63,876 bases of DNA, filler included, from Octopus bimaculoides (GCF_001194135.2; 6 parts of 6 records of this genome joined end to end with filler, not necessarily neighbours in it); one strand, 5' to 3'. Positions 26,738 through 38,886 are shown, counted from the whole stretch's first letter. A program made the numbers and translations. The notes: generated by a model from the letters alone, not told the origin.

Positions 26738-26940
26738 GGTAGCGTGCTTGACGAATCGTTAGAGCAACGGATAAAATGTCGAGTGACATTTCTTCCAGCT
26801 CGTTACGCCGAGCGTCAACCTTTGCCTCGCATTCTTTCGGGTCCTACAAAATAAAGTAGCAGCCAGATGTGGGTGTCGATGTAATCGACTTGAGCTCTAC
26901 CCTACGATTATTGGCCTTGTGCCAAAGTAAGAAAGAATTA
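26738..26940 (+). mobile_element. SINE family A, degenerate
   Basis: gaatcgttag...ctttgcctcgcattctttcgggtc...gtcgatgtaatcgactt...ggccttgtgccaaa. Confidence 0.65.
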
Positions 26941-27042
26941 ATTAGGTTAAACCTAGACAGTGATTTATAAAAATTTGGTTGCTGCTAATTTTAGCGGGTC
27001 TAGAAGTTGTCACAATTGGACATATTTGCATGTTTGTGTGTG

Positions 27043-27205
27043 AGGCGCGCCGCAACATGTATGTATGCTGCTTCTCAACCACATGGTTCTGGGTTCAGTC
27101 CCACTGCCTAGCACCTTGAGCAAATGTCTTCTACTATAGACGCGGACCGACCAAAGCCTTGTGAGTGGATTTAATAGGCAGAAATTGAAAGACGCTTGTC
27201 GTATA
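27043..27205 (+). mobile_element. SINE family B, 5' half (ends at a gap)
   Basis: cttctcaaccacatggttctgggttcagtcccactgc...ccttgagcaaatgtcttc...gaccaaagccttgtgagtggattt matches 47609-47765. Confidence 0.8.
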
Positions 27206-27549
27206 NNNNNNNNNNNNNNNNNNNNNNNNNNNNNNNNNNNNNNNNNNNNNNNNNNNNNNNNNNNNNNNNNNNNNNNNNNNNNNNNNNNNNNNNNNNNNNN
27301 NNNNNNNNNNNNNNNNNNNNNNNNNNNNNNNNNNNNNNNNNNNNNNNNNNNNNNNNNNNNNNNNNNNNNNNNNNNNNNNNNNNNNNNNNNNNNNNNNNNN
27401 NNNNNNNNNAATGAGATAAAAAAAAAACCAAGGCTGTGTATAATATAGAACATTTATAAATAGGTCTTACAACTGTTTCCAGGACATTTATTATATCTCT
27501 TCATCGATATATATATATATATATATATGTATATGTATGTATGTATGCG

Positions 27550-27748
27550 TGTGTGTCCCTGTGTCTTTGTTTGCCCTTCCACCATCCTTGACAACCGATG
27601 TTGGTGTGTTTATGTCCCTGTAACTTAGCGGTTCGACAAAAAAGCTGATAGAATAAGTACCGGGTTTAAAAAAATAAGTCCTTACTAAAAATTTAAGGTG
27701 GTGCCCCAGCATGGCAGCAATCTAATGACTGAAACAAATAAAAGATTA
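27550..27748 (+). mobile_element. SINE family B, 3' half
   Basis: cttgacaaccgatgttggtgtg...aacttagcggttcg...gatagaataagtac...ggtgccccagcatggc...gactgaaac. Confidence 0.8.
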
Positions 27749-28049
27749 TATAGATAGATAGATAGATAGATAGGTAGATAGAGAAAGAGCGAGAGAGAGA
27801 GAGAGTAAAAGAGAAAGAAAGAGAATAAAAGAGAGAGAGAGGGAAAAAGAGAGAGAAACATATAAATAATAGATTTTAACAAATGACCTGCTAACCCTCC
27901 CATAACTCCATACCCTACGTAAAAAGAAAAAAATGCAAAACAACAACAAGAACAACAACAACAACAATAATAATAATAATAATAAATTCAAATTACGACA
28001 AACGTAAATAAACAAGCGAAGCTTGCTTTTAGAAGCGTTGAGATGTCTT

Positions 28050-28320
28050 TTATAGAAAGTTAAAGAAGTGATGTTTAAATTCTCAATCGCAGAAAAATGC
28101 TAATAATATAGCCTGAACAGAATAAACTATCCCTATTTTGCAGAGAAAAGTGTAGGTGACTAGCTGTGGACTCGAACTCACATCCGACGGGGATGTGAGT
28201 TCGAGTCCACAGCTAGTCACCTACACTTTTCTCTGCAAAATAGGGATAGTTTATTCTGTTCAGGCTATATTATTAGCATTTTTCTGCGATTAGAATTTAA
28301 ACATCACTTCTTTAACTTTC

Positions 28321-28325
<5 letters not shown>
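28050..28325. repeat. Near-perfect 276-bp inverted repeat (fold-back hairpin)
   Basis: Arms 28050-28185 and 28191-28325 are reverse complements apart from one extra C at 28084. The loop is 5 nt (GACGG). Confidence 0.97.
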
Positions 28326-28351
<26 letters not shown>

Positions 28352-28864
28352 TTTTTTAAAAAACAACTGTAAGCTAAAAATTTTATTCAATTGAAAAATC
28401 AGTACACGAGGACACCGCCATTCCATATTAACGTTTACACATTTGAAGTAAAAGAGCAGCAAGGGAATATTTAATATTCACCTATGTACTTATTTATTTA
28501 TTTATTGTTTTCAAATTGGAGCTATTCTAGCTTTTCTCTAATTCCCATGTGATGATATTTGGGGTGTTTTTTTATCTCTTTTTTATCCAATTTTTTTTGT
28601 TTTTTGTTTTTTCAGGCGAGCTAAAAAGAAGATAGCAAGTTCTGAATGCTCGTTCTCTTTACGTACAACCTAATACTAACTCTATATATCAGTCTCTCTG
28701 TCTCTATAGCTGATAAGCATCTTTCACTCGTTTACAACAAACTGATAAAACGTTCCAGTTTTCAATTTTCCTAACTCACTTTCTAACTGCCATTTTTTTT
28801 CTCTCTTTTCTCATACTTTACTTCTAACGTTTTTTTTATCCTCTCCAAATAATATTGTTAGTTT

Positions 28865-28920
28865 TTCTTCTTTTCCTTCTTCTTCTTCTTCTTCTTCTTC
28901 TTCTTCTTCTTCTTCTTCTT
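28865..28920. repeat. (TTC)n microsatellite
   Basis: Trinucleotide run, seen directly. Confidence 0.9.
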
Positions 28921-29052
28921 GTATTTCTCCCCCTCTCTCTTTTCTTTCCTTTTTGTACTTTGTTCCTCCTGCTTCATATTTTCCAATTTCATAATATAAA
29001 TCTCTACATCCCAACAAAACTATCAGCTCTATCTACCTACCTACCTACCTAC

Positions 29053-29087
<35 letters not shown>

Positions 29088-30308
29088 CCTGTCTGTCTGT
29101 GTATCTGTCTGCCTGTCTCTCTCTCTTTCTCTATCTCTCTATCTCTATCTCTCTCACTCACACACGCATATAATATATATGTATATATATATATATGTGC
29201 GTGTGTTTGTGTTGTATAACATGTATGCATATTTTAAACACACACGTATGTTACATAGACATACGCTTACACACACATATATGTATAAATATAGGGACAT
29301 CTTACATATATGCGTCCGTGTGTGTTCGCGTGTGCGTTCGCGTGTGCGTATGTGTGTGTGCGCGTGTGTGTGTGTGTATGTGTAGTAAATATCACGTACA
29401 CATGCTTTTCACTGTGTGTACATGTGTGTATATATATGTATGACACTGAGCAGCTACGTTCGAGTACACACGTATGTACAGTGATCTCTCTCTCTCTCTC
29501 TCTTCTACTCTCTCTCCCTCCCTCTCTCTCTCTCACCCATTCTTCCTTTCTCCACCTTATTTTCCTGCCGCCTTCACCCTGTCTCTCTCTTCCTCCCCAT
29601 TTCTCTCCATACCTTCTTTCTCCCTCTTTCTATCCCTCTCCTAACAGCCTCCGAACTCTAGTCATCCTCTCATTTGACTTACTCCTCCCCCCCGCTTCAT
29701 TTTTTTCTTTTTATTTCCTCCACGTCTTCTCTTTCCTTAGTCTTAACTCTCCTCTCACTTTCACTAACTCACACATACATATATTCTCTCTCTCTCTCTC
29801 TCTCTTACTTTCTCTCACTCACACATACACACAAGCTCTCTCTCTCTCTCTCTGTCTCTCTCCCTCTCTCTCTTTCTCTCTCTCTATCTCCACTATGAAT
29901 ATCAACAACATTAAGTAATATTTCCTTTTGTGTACATTATACGATCCCTGTTGAGCGTATCAATATGTCTGTACACATGTGCACGCAAGAACGTATATGG
30001 ATGTACATGTGTGTGTGTGTGTGTGCGCGCGCGCATGTGTGCGTGTGTGTATGTGTGTGATTGTTCATGTGTATGTGTGCTTGCTTGTGTACGTGTATAT
30101 GTATGTGTATATGTATTAGCAGGTGAAAATTGTGTCTGTTAGTTTGTGACATGCCCTTATGAGAGTGAACTTGTGCGCGCGTACGTCTGTGTTTGTGTGT
30201 GTATGTTTGTGTGTGTGTGTGGCTGAATGTGTAACATTTATACATATACTTACACATATCTATACATACGTACAATTACCCAATCACGCACACACACACA
30301 CACATACA

Positions 30309-30365
30309 AGGTGCTCCAGCATGGCGGCAGTCAGATGACTGAAACAATTAAAAGAGTAAAAGAGT
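30309..30365 (+). mobile_element. SINE family B, isolated 3' tail
   Basis: ggtgctccagcatggcggcagtcagatgactgaaacaattaaaagagtaaaagag. Confidence 0.7.
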
Positions 30366-30792
30366 ATAGATATATGTACACGTTCACCCATACTAACACG
30401 CAGACAGATACATAGATTAATACAGTTACAGTTAAAAATTCACACATATACACGTTCAACTTCACATACACTCATACATAGTCACACACATCCACACACA
30501 CACATCCACACACACATACACATACACACGCACACACACACATGCTCGCACACAAAGGCATTCAGACGAATTCCCAGATATGCTGTCATACATACATACA
30601 TACATACGTACATACGTACGTACACACGTATTTACACAAATATACATTCATACGCATACGCGTTTGTGTTTGTTTTGGGGGAATATTTCTATATCAACAA
30701 CATAGCGACAATTACAACAGTGGTGGTGGTGGTGGTGGTGGTGAAGATTGTATGGTTGGCGTCATCATCATTGTGATAATCTACTGTTGATC

Positions 30793-31425
30793 AGAATGAG
30801 GCGAGCTGGCCGAAACGTTAGCACGCCAGCGAAATGCTTAGCGGTATTTCGTCTGCCGTTACGTTCTGAGTTCAAATTCCGCCGAGGTCGACTTTGCCTT
30901 TCATCCTTTCGGGGTCGATAAATTAAGTACCAGTTACGCACTGGGGTCGATGTAATCGACTTAATCCGTTCGTCTGTTCTTGTCTGTTCCCTCTATGTTT
31001 AGCCCCTTGTGGGCAATAACGAAATAGGTATTTCGTCTGCCGTTACGTTCTGAGTTCAAATTCTGCCGAAGTCGTCTTTGCCTTTCAACCTTTCAGGGTC
31101 GATGAATTAAGTACCAGTTACGTACTGGTGTCGATGTAATCGACTGAACCCCTTTGTCTGTCCTTATTTGTCCCCTCTGTGTTTAGCCCCCTCTGTGTTT
31201 AGCCCCTTGTGGGCAGTAAAGAGATAAGAAACGTTAGCATGCCTGGCGAAATGCTTAGTGGTATTTAGTCTGCTGTTACGTTCTGAGTTCAAATTCTACC
31301 CGAGAACGTCTTTGCCTTTCATCCTTTCGGGGTCGATGAATTAAGTACCAGTTGCGTACTGCGGTCGATGTGATCGACTGAACCCCTCCCCCAAAATGTC
31401 GGGCCTTGTGCCTAGTATAGAAAAG
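30793..31425 (+). mobile_element. SINE family A head-to-tail trimer with a single 15-bp TSD
   Basis: Three consecutive units start near 30800, 31027 and 31230. AATCTACTGTTGATC occurs at 30778-30792 and 31426-31440. Confidence 0.92.
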
Positions 31426-32183
31426 AATCTACTGTTGATCCATACTTCACAGTGTATGTAAACACTCGTATGCCTTTTCTTTGCACTCACACACCTACAC
31501 ATACATACAAGTACGCACACATACACACACACATACATACATACCTACTGATGCATACACATACAAGAACATGTTCATATACACACAGGCACTCATATAC
31601 ACTCGCTCACAAACACAAACAGAAACACGTGCGTATATCAAATAGTATGTTGTTAGCAGTGTTCGTGCGAGCTTGTATCCGCACGCGTCTGAATATACCT
31701 GTGTTTGAGCGGAACGGGATCTCCCCTCACTCACTCTCTCTTTCTCTCTCTGTATACACATGTGTTTGTGTGTGTGTGTCTGTGTGTGTGTATGTGTGTG
31801 TTCGTGTGTATTTGCGTGTGTGAATATACCTTGTGTGCATGTGTTTGATCATGTGCATGTCTGCAAGTGCAAAACGGCAGTTGCAAAGAGAGGGTGAAGA
31901 AGTAGGAAGAGGAGATGGTGATGCTGGTGGTACTGGCGACGGTGGTGGTGGTGATAGTTGGGTGGAAGGAGGAGGAAGCAGAAGAATACATGGTAGGAGC
32001 CACGGCCGGATATAATCATTAGTGACGTGTTGATTGCGGAGTAAAACGAGGGGGAGAGAGTTCGATACGATTGACTGAAAATAACAAGTGAAGCGTGGAT
32101 TGTTGTTGTTGTAGTTCTTCTAGTCGTTGTCATCGTCGTCGTCGCGGACGATGTGTCCTTTTTTGTTGTTGTTGATGTTTAAG

Positions 32184-32585
32184 TCTCTTTTACCGTTTAC
32201 TTGTTTCGGTCATTAGACTGCAGCCATGCTGGGGCATCGCCTTGAAAGTTTTTTAGTCGAATGACTCGACTCCAATACTAGTTGGGTATTTTTTTTTTTT
32301 GAAGCCTAGTACTTATTCAGTCGCATCCTCTTGCTCAACCACTAGGTTTCGTTACGGGAACATAAACACGCCAACACCGGTTATCAAGCAGTGGTAGGGG
32401 AACAAACACACACACGCGCGGGCACACAGCTTCTTTCAGTTTCCGTCTACCAAATCCACTCACAAGGCTTTGGTCGACCCGAGGCTCTAGAAAAGACTCT
32501 TGCCCAAGGTGCCACGCAGCAGGACTAAACTCGGAATCATGTGCTTGAGAAACAAGCCTTTTACTACACGGCCACGCCTTCGCCT
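32184..32585 (-). mobile_element. SINE family B, full length
   Basis: Reverse complement contains head (AGGCG..GCGTGGCCGTGTAGT), core (gtggcaccttgggcaagagtctt...gaccaaagccttgtgagtggatttggtagacggaaactgaaagaagc) and tail (cccagcatggctgcagtctaatgaccgaaac). Confidence 0.85.
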
Positions 32586-33282
32586 CTTATCACATTTGTT
32601 TGAGTTGACATAGGATCAAAGCTAATCCAAACGTGGCCATTCCTTCTTTTTTATACACCAACAACCACATTATCTAACGTAACGTCGCCTTCATATTTTT
32701 AAGATAGCACTGTATTGCCTGTTCTTTCTAGGTGGTCGAGTTATCATTTATGAGTCGGCTCCCTCGTTGGTTACGTGCTCCGAATGTCTAAAACGTTCGA
32801 TAGTAATCGTGAGGTTCAGGTTCATGCTCCCACCGCGTAACGTTTTGGACAAGTGTCCTTTATCATAACGTCCGGTGGACCAGAGCCTTGTGAGAAACTG
32901 TGCAGAAGTCCATCGGTTGGATTTTATTTGTAAATCAAAGGGTCAACAGGGTCGCATGTCATACAGCTATGTGCTGAGTATCATGTTAAAGGTACACATG
33001 TATTTGGAATACTCCACCACGTATTCCAATGAGAAAACAATTGTGTTGATTGACCAGATGAATAGTCATCGTTAAAAACTGACAAAGGATCCATCATGGC
33101 TATGTTGTGCAGGCTTAGGAGAAGATAATATAGAGGGGCTGGTGGTAGGTGAGTAAATCGGAAAGGAAATGGGGTGGTCAGTAGATAGTTTGATCGGTAA
33201 AAAGTCACGATGATTTGTAGGTAAATTGGTAGGTGGTAAGTGGATGAATGGGTATATGGATTGGTTAGTAGTAGGTGGATAC

Positions 33283-33328
<46 letters not shown>

Positions 33329-33749
33329 CAGATAGATATGTAGGAAGATAAGTAGATAACAAGGGAGGCAAATGTTGACATACATTTAGGTCGGTTGATA
33401 GGTAAATAGGTTTACATAAACTGCCAACTAAATTCCTGCGGCAAAAGGAAGTACCTAAACTCACCATCTTGTCTAGGTAGTATGTACTTGGCTTTTTTTT
33501 TCTAGAGTATGTGTTGTTTGCTGATAGGATGAAAAAAGAGGGGTTTTTAGTGGTAACAGAGTGAGTTAGGTATCCTGCTGAAGATTTAATCTCCTCCCCT
33601 ACTTCCTGAATTCCATTGCATCATCCTTTGGAATTTGGGGAAATCTAGAATTGGGTAGACGGGTTAGAAGGCAGAAAGGAAAGCTAGAAGGGGAAAAGAG
33701 CTGAAGGGTGGAAGGGATGGATAATTATGTTTCCTTATATTGGTACAAA

Positions 33750-33950
33750 TAAGAAGGCAAGCTGGTTGGATTGAGAGCACCTCGGACAACATACTTTACG
33801 GCATTTCTTTTGGATGTTTACGTTCTAAGTTCAAATTCCGCCGTGATCGACTTTATTTTTATTTCTTCGCGATCGATAAACATAAGTACCAGTTGGGTAT
33901 TGGAGGAAGGGGTAAACGACTTGCCTCCCCCACTGAAATTGCTGGCCAAT
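33750..33950 (+). mobile_element. SINE family A, degenerate
   Basis: ttacgttctaagttcaaattccgccgtgatcgacttt...gataaacataagtaccagttg. Confidence 0.7.
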
Positions 33951-33964
33951 TTGCATAAGCGATT

Positions 33965-34200
33965 AGACGCATGGCCTCGTAGTTAGGTATGCTAGATTGG
34001 CAATCATTAAGTCATGGGTTCGATTCTCAGAGAGGGCATTCACGTTGTGTTCAATGTGCTCCACTCTACTCAATTGAAAGTAGCAGCTGGACTTAACCCT
34101 GCAACGAACTAGCACCCATTCAAAAGGAAATGCTTTACTCTCAGTTGCCTACACACCTTGCAAATCCGGTTTCATGTCCATGTGGGCTCGAAGCAGGTTT
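33965..34200 (+). mobile_element. Degenerate tRNA-derived SINE of a different family
   Basis: TGGCCTCGTAGTTAGG (A-box-like) and GGGTTCGATTCT (B box), followed by ...aaccctgcaacgaactagcaccc..., a body not seen elsewhere in the window. Confidence 0.5.
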
Positions 34201-34483
34201 CTTTTAGAGAAAGATGAAGAGTAATTTGTTTACGTAAAGCCGAAAATAAAATAAAATGGAAAGTAATCGGGATCACAATTTGAGCGCAAGACATCGAATA
34301 TAGATATCTGTTTCAACAACAGTATACCGGCATAATCTATGAAGAAGTGGATAGAATCGATTAGATCAACTTCAGTATAATGCTGTTATTTATAGCCAAG
34401 CAAAAAAAAAAAGAAGAAAAAGTTCTAGTTTAGTAGGATTCGAACTCAAAACGTGAAATGAGGTATATAAATATTTGTTATAA

Positions 34484-34879
34484 ATTTTGGCATTAGGCCG
34501 GATATTTTGAGAAGCGGGTAAATCGATTACATCGACGCCAGCGTTTAGCTGGTAGTTATTTTATCGGTCTCGAAAGGATGAAAGGCTAAGTCGGTCTCGA
34601 CAGAATTTGAATTCAGAATGTAAAGATGTATGAAATACCGCTAAGCATTCCGGCCGGCGTGCAGACAAAGAGGAATAGAAGTATTGGTTTCAAATTTTGG
34701 CATAAGGCCAGCAAAATTTGGAGAAGTGGGAAAGTCGATTACATCGACGCCAGTGTTCTACAAGTACTTATTTTATCGACTCCGAAAGGATGAAAAGCAA
34801 AGTCGATCTCGGCCGAATTTGAACTCAGAACGTAAAGATAGACGAAATGCCGCTAAGCATTCCGCTCGCCGTGCTAACG
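34484..34879 (-). mobile_element. SINE family A tandem dimer
   Basis: Two reverse-complement units (about 34484-34665 and 34688-34879), each with tcgattacatcgac...gaaaggatgaaa...gaatttgaa(c/t)tcagaa...ccgctaagcatt. Confidence 0.85.
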
Positions 34880-35127
34880 AAGAGATATGCAAATATTGAT
34901 TTCAAACATTGATACACAGATATAAATTACAGTATATTATTGGTAGTTATTTTATCAAAATCGGCAAAAGAATAAGAAAAGAAACACCAACCACGATAGG
35001 ATTTGAACCCAGTGCATCAAGGGATTTAATTAACACCGCTGTAAGATATTTTGTTACTGGCTTTACATTTTGGGTTCAAATTTCGCCGAAATCTACTTTC
35101 CATCATTCAGTGATTGTTAGAATAAAT

Positions 35128-35517
35128 TGTTGCTGTTGTTGGCACTCCGTCGCTTACGACGTCGAGGGTTCCAGTTGATCCGATCAACGGAACAGCCTGC
35201 TCGTGAAATTAACGTGCAAGTGGCTGAGCACTCCACAGACACGTGTACCCTTAACGTAGTTCTCGGGTATATTCAGCGTGACACAGTGTGACAAGGCTGA
35301 CCCCTTTGAATTACAGGCACAACAGAAACAGGAAGTAAGAGTGAGAGAAAGTTGTGGTGGAAGAGTACAGCAGGGTTCGCCACCATCCCCTACCGGAGCC
35401 TCGTGGAACTTTAGGTGTTTTCGCTCAATAAACACTCACAACGCCCGGTCTGGGAATCGAAACCGCGATCCTATGACCGCGAGTCCGCTGCCCTAACCAC
35501 TGGACCATTGCGCCTCC
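35128..35517 (-). mobile_element. tRNA(Arg)-derived SINE family C, well preserved, 12-bp TSD
   Basis: The minus strand starts GGAGGCGCAATGGTCCAGTGGTTAGGGCAGCGGACTCGCGGTCATAGGATCGCGGTTTCGATTCC (A box, TCG at the anticodon position, B box) and ends in (AAC)-like repeats. GTTAGAATAAAT occurs at 35116-35127 and 35518-35529. Confidence 0.92.
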
Positions 35518-35603
35518 GTTAGAATAAATAATTAAGCCGTTTCACTATAAGTTGTGTTCTCTGGCCTTGTTCCAAAAATTGAAACCAATACAAACTACTA
35601 TAA

Positions 35604-35820
35604 AAGGCGGCGAGCTAGTGGAATCGTTCGCACGCCTGGCGAAATGCTTAGCCAGCAGTTCTTCTAGCTTTACATTCTGAGCTCAAATTCCGCCGAGGTC
35701 AACTTTGCCTTTTGATCTTCTCGACGTCGATAAAATGAGTCCCAGTTGAGCACTTCATTCGATATAATTAATTTGCTCCCCACCCGCAGACTTTCAGGTC
35801 GTGTGTCTATAGCAGAAGGT
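35604..35820 (+). mobile_element. SINE family A
   Basis: ggcggcgagctag...cgaaatgcttag...caaattccgccgaggtcaactttgcc...gtcgataaaatgagtcccagttg. Confidence 0.8.
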
Positions 35821-36073
35821 AAAAAGAAATATAAACTGTTTCTAAACTAAGTACCAGTGATATAATGAGGTTGATTTTTTTTTATCGATTGTTCCCACCC
35901 TACAAAATTTGCAACAATGTAGCGAGCTTAGAAATCATTATTGATTTCAAATTCCTCCGACTTTGGCTTTGCGTTTCAACATCCTGGGTTCGATAACGTA
36001 TGCATCAGCCAGATGCTGAGGTTGATTTCATTGACATTTGACCTTTTCCCAAAATGTCTGGCCAAGTGAAACT

Positions 36074-36260
36074 GTTGTTGTTGTTATTATTTAACCCTAG
36101 GTCAGCCTTGATTGGGTAGAATTACGATCTAAGACTTTTTAATCACGACCAGCCCATCTCTTTTAAAGGTATAATGTATCCTTCATACACACATATCCTT
36201 CCGTTTTTAAGCGGGAGATTTGGCTGCTGTTTCTAGCATATTTTACAACCACGTAGGCTC
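36074..36260 (-). repeat. Interspersed repeat family D ((AAC)n-tailed), degenerate
   Basis: Shares the ggctgctgtttctag motif and flanking context with diverged copies near 24350-24470, 25210-25310, 25440-25560, 32612-32770, 38600-38740, 39690-39800 and 55290-55420. Confidence 0.45.
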
Positions 36261-38318
36261 CCCATCGTTGTGTCATTGTCCTTCTATTTTAACAACAGTG
36301 TTGGTGGCANNNNNNNNNNNNNNNNNNNNNNNNNNNNNNNNNNNNNNNNNNNNNNNNNNNNNNNNNNNNNNNNNNNNNNNNNNNNNNNNNNNNNNNNNNN
36401 NNNNNNNNNNNNNNNNNNNNNNNNNNNNNNNNNNNNNNNNNNNNNNNNNNNNNNNNNNNNNNNNNNNNNNNNNNNNNNNNNNNNNNNNNNNNNNNNNNNN
36501 NNNNNNNNNNNNNNNNNNNNNNNNNNNNNNNNNNNNNNNNNNNNNNNNNNNNNNNNNNNNNNNNNNNNNNNNNNNNNNNNNNNNNNNNNNNNNNNNNNNN
36601 NNNNNNNNNNNNNNNNNNNNNNNNNNNNNNNNNNNNNNNNNNNNNNNNNNNNNNNNNNNNNNNNNNNNNNNNNNNNNNNNNNNNNNNNNNNNNNNNNNNN
36701 NNNNNNNNNNNNNNNNNNNNNNNNNNNNNNNNNNNNNNNNNNNNNNNNNNNNNNNNNNNNNNNNNNNNNNNNNNNNNNNNNNNNNNNNNNNNNNNNNNNN
36801 NNNNNNNNNNNNNNNNNNNNNNNNNNNNNNNNNNNNNNNNNNNNNNNNNNNNNNNNNNNNNNNNNNNNNNNNNNNNNNNNNNNNNNNNNNNNNNNNNNNN
36901 NNNNNNNNNNNNNNNNNNNNNNNNNNNNNNNNNNNNNNNNNNNNNNNNNNNNNNNNNNNNNNNNNNNNNNNNNNNNNNNNNNNNNNNNNNNNNNNNNNNN
37001 NNNNNNNNNNNNNNNNNNNNNNNNNNNNNNNNNNNNNNNNNNNNNNNNNNNNNNNNNNNNNNNNNNNNNNNNNNNNNNNNNNNNNNNNNNNNNNNNNNNN
37101 NNNNNNNNNNNNNNNNNNNNNNNNNNNNNNNNNNNNNNNNNNNNNNNNNNNNNNNNNNNNNNNNNNNNNNNNNNNNNNNNNNNNNNNNNNNNNNNNNTTG
37201 AAATCAATATTACTTTTATTTAGAAAACGAAGGAAGAAGAAAAAATCATGTTAAATCCGGGGAATTATAACAATAGCAGAAAATTTTTTTAAATCACAAC
37301 AATAAAAAAAGTTAATGTGGTGGCGGCGGAGGTCGGGGGGGGGGTAGATATTGAGTCGAAAGTGTCAGGAGGTAAAGGAAGTTATGAATTCATAATAAAG
37401 TTCCAAAATGTCAATTGAAGAATCAATTCAATAGAGTCTTATTGGTAGAATAATTTCGGTAGTGCACCGAAATACCCGTAAGCAATGTAACAGTGTTACA
37501 GTGCATCGAGAAGGAAATGTGTGCTTGTGTGTTTTCGTATAGTGTATTTACACTGCGTTATACCATACATATATACGTGTATGTGTGTGTATGTGTGCGT
37601 GAGTGTGTGTGTATGTGTGTGTGTGTGTGTTTTCTGTTATAGCCCCAGGTCGACCAAAGCCTTATGCGTGGATTTGGAAGACGGACACTGAAAGAAGCCT
37701 GTCCTGAATCTATACACACGTGTATATCTATGTGTGCGTGTGTAGTGTGTGTGTGTATGTGTGTGTGTGTGTGTTTTCTGTTATAGCCCCAGGTCGACCA
37801 AAGCCTTATGCGTGGATTNNNNNNNNNNNNNNNNNNNNNNNNNNNNNNNNNNNNNNNNNNNNNNNNNNNNNNNNNNNNNNNNNNNNNNNNNNNNNNNNNN
37901 NNNNNNNNNNNNNNNNNNNNNNNNNNNNNNNNNNNNNNNNNNNNNNNNNNNNNNNNNNNNNNNNNNNNNNNNNNNNNNNNNNNNNNNNNNNNNNNNNNNN
38001 NNNNNNNNNNNNNNNNNNNNNNNNNNNNNNNNNNNNNNNNNNNNNNNNNNNNNNNNNNNNNNNNNNNNNNNNNNNNNNNNNNNNNNNNNNNNNNNNNNNN
38101 NNNNNNNNNNNNNNNNNNNNNNNNNNNNNNNNNNNNNNNNNNNNNNNNNNNNNNNNNNNNNNNNNNNNNNNNNNNNNNNNNNNNNNNNNNNNNNNNNNNN
38201 NNNNNNNNNNNNNNNNNNNNNNNNNNNNNNNNNNNNNNNNNNNNNNNNNNNNNNNNNNNNNNNNNNNNNNNNNNNNNNNNNNNNNNNNNNNNNNNNNNNN
38301 NNNNNNNNNNNNNNNNNN

Positions 38319-38368
<50 letters not shown>

Positions 38369-38886
38369 GGTCTGTCTATCTATTTATTTATCTACTTATC
38401 TATCTATATGCTATCACATTTTCTATGTCTGTATCTATTCCTCCGTAACTGGTTTTCTACCAATATTATCCTTTACATCACAAAAAGCTATCTACCTATC
38501 AAGTTTTTGCTAGCCTCACTAAATGCCAGCCTTGAACGAACAAACGTATGATCAAAACATTGCAACCGTAATCAAATTGCCAGCTTTATATATATAAAAA
38601 AATTTTTTTAGTGTCTTCTTTTCGACAGACGACATTCTCCAATATGTCCCTTTTCGTTTAAGAATATAGTGGGTCTGATGGAGAAATTTGTTGCTAATTC
38701 TTACAGGTCGGACAACCAAACTCATAGCGGCTCCTCGTTCATTGATTTGTCAGGCTAAGAAACAATTTGTATATTAGCTGTGTGCGTATATACATGAACT
38801 ATTTTCAAACTGTTTCGGAAATGTATATATACACAGATATTGATCAACCGTGTGTCTGTCTATCTGTCTTACTGTCTGTCTGCCTG

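Noticed and set aside
28560-28680. Strong polypyrimidine tract plus CAG acceptor at 28616 (similar sites at 55110 and 58975)
   Set aside because: The downstream frames are short and unrecognisable, with no consistent donor or exon chain. Such sites are common in AT-rich DNA.
30793-31425. Regularly spaced repeats suggesting a CRISPR-like array
   Set aside because: The units are about 200-bp SINE copies with no unique spacers, and there are no cas genes. The context is eukaryotic.
35440-35517. tRNA-Arg(TCG)-like sequence
   Set aside because: It is the head of a SINE with a body, tail and TSD. The acceptor stem does not close as in a tRNA.
37560-37818. Exact repeat of a family B fragment (ttttctgttatagccccaggtcgaccaaagccttatgcgtggatt)
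   Set aside because: The second copy is identical, microsatellite-flanked and ends at a gap, so a contig-edge duplication cannot be excluded.
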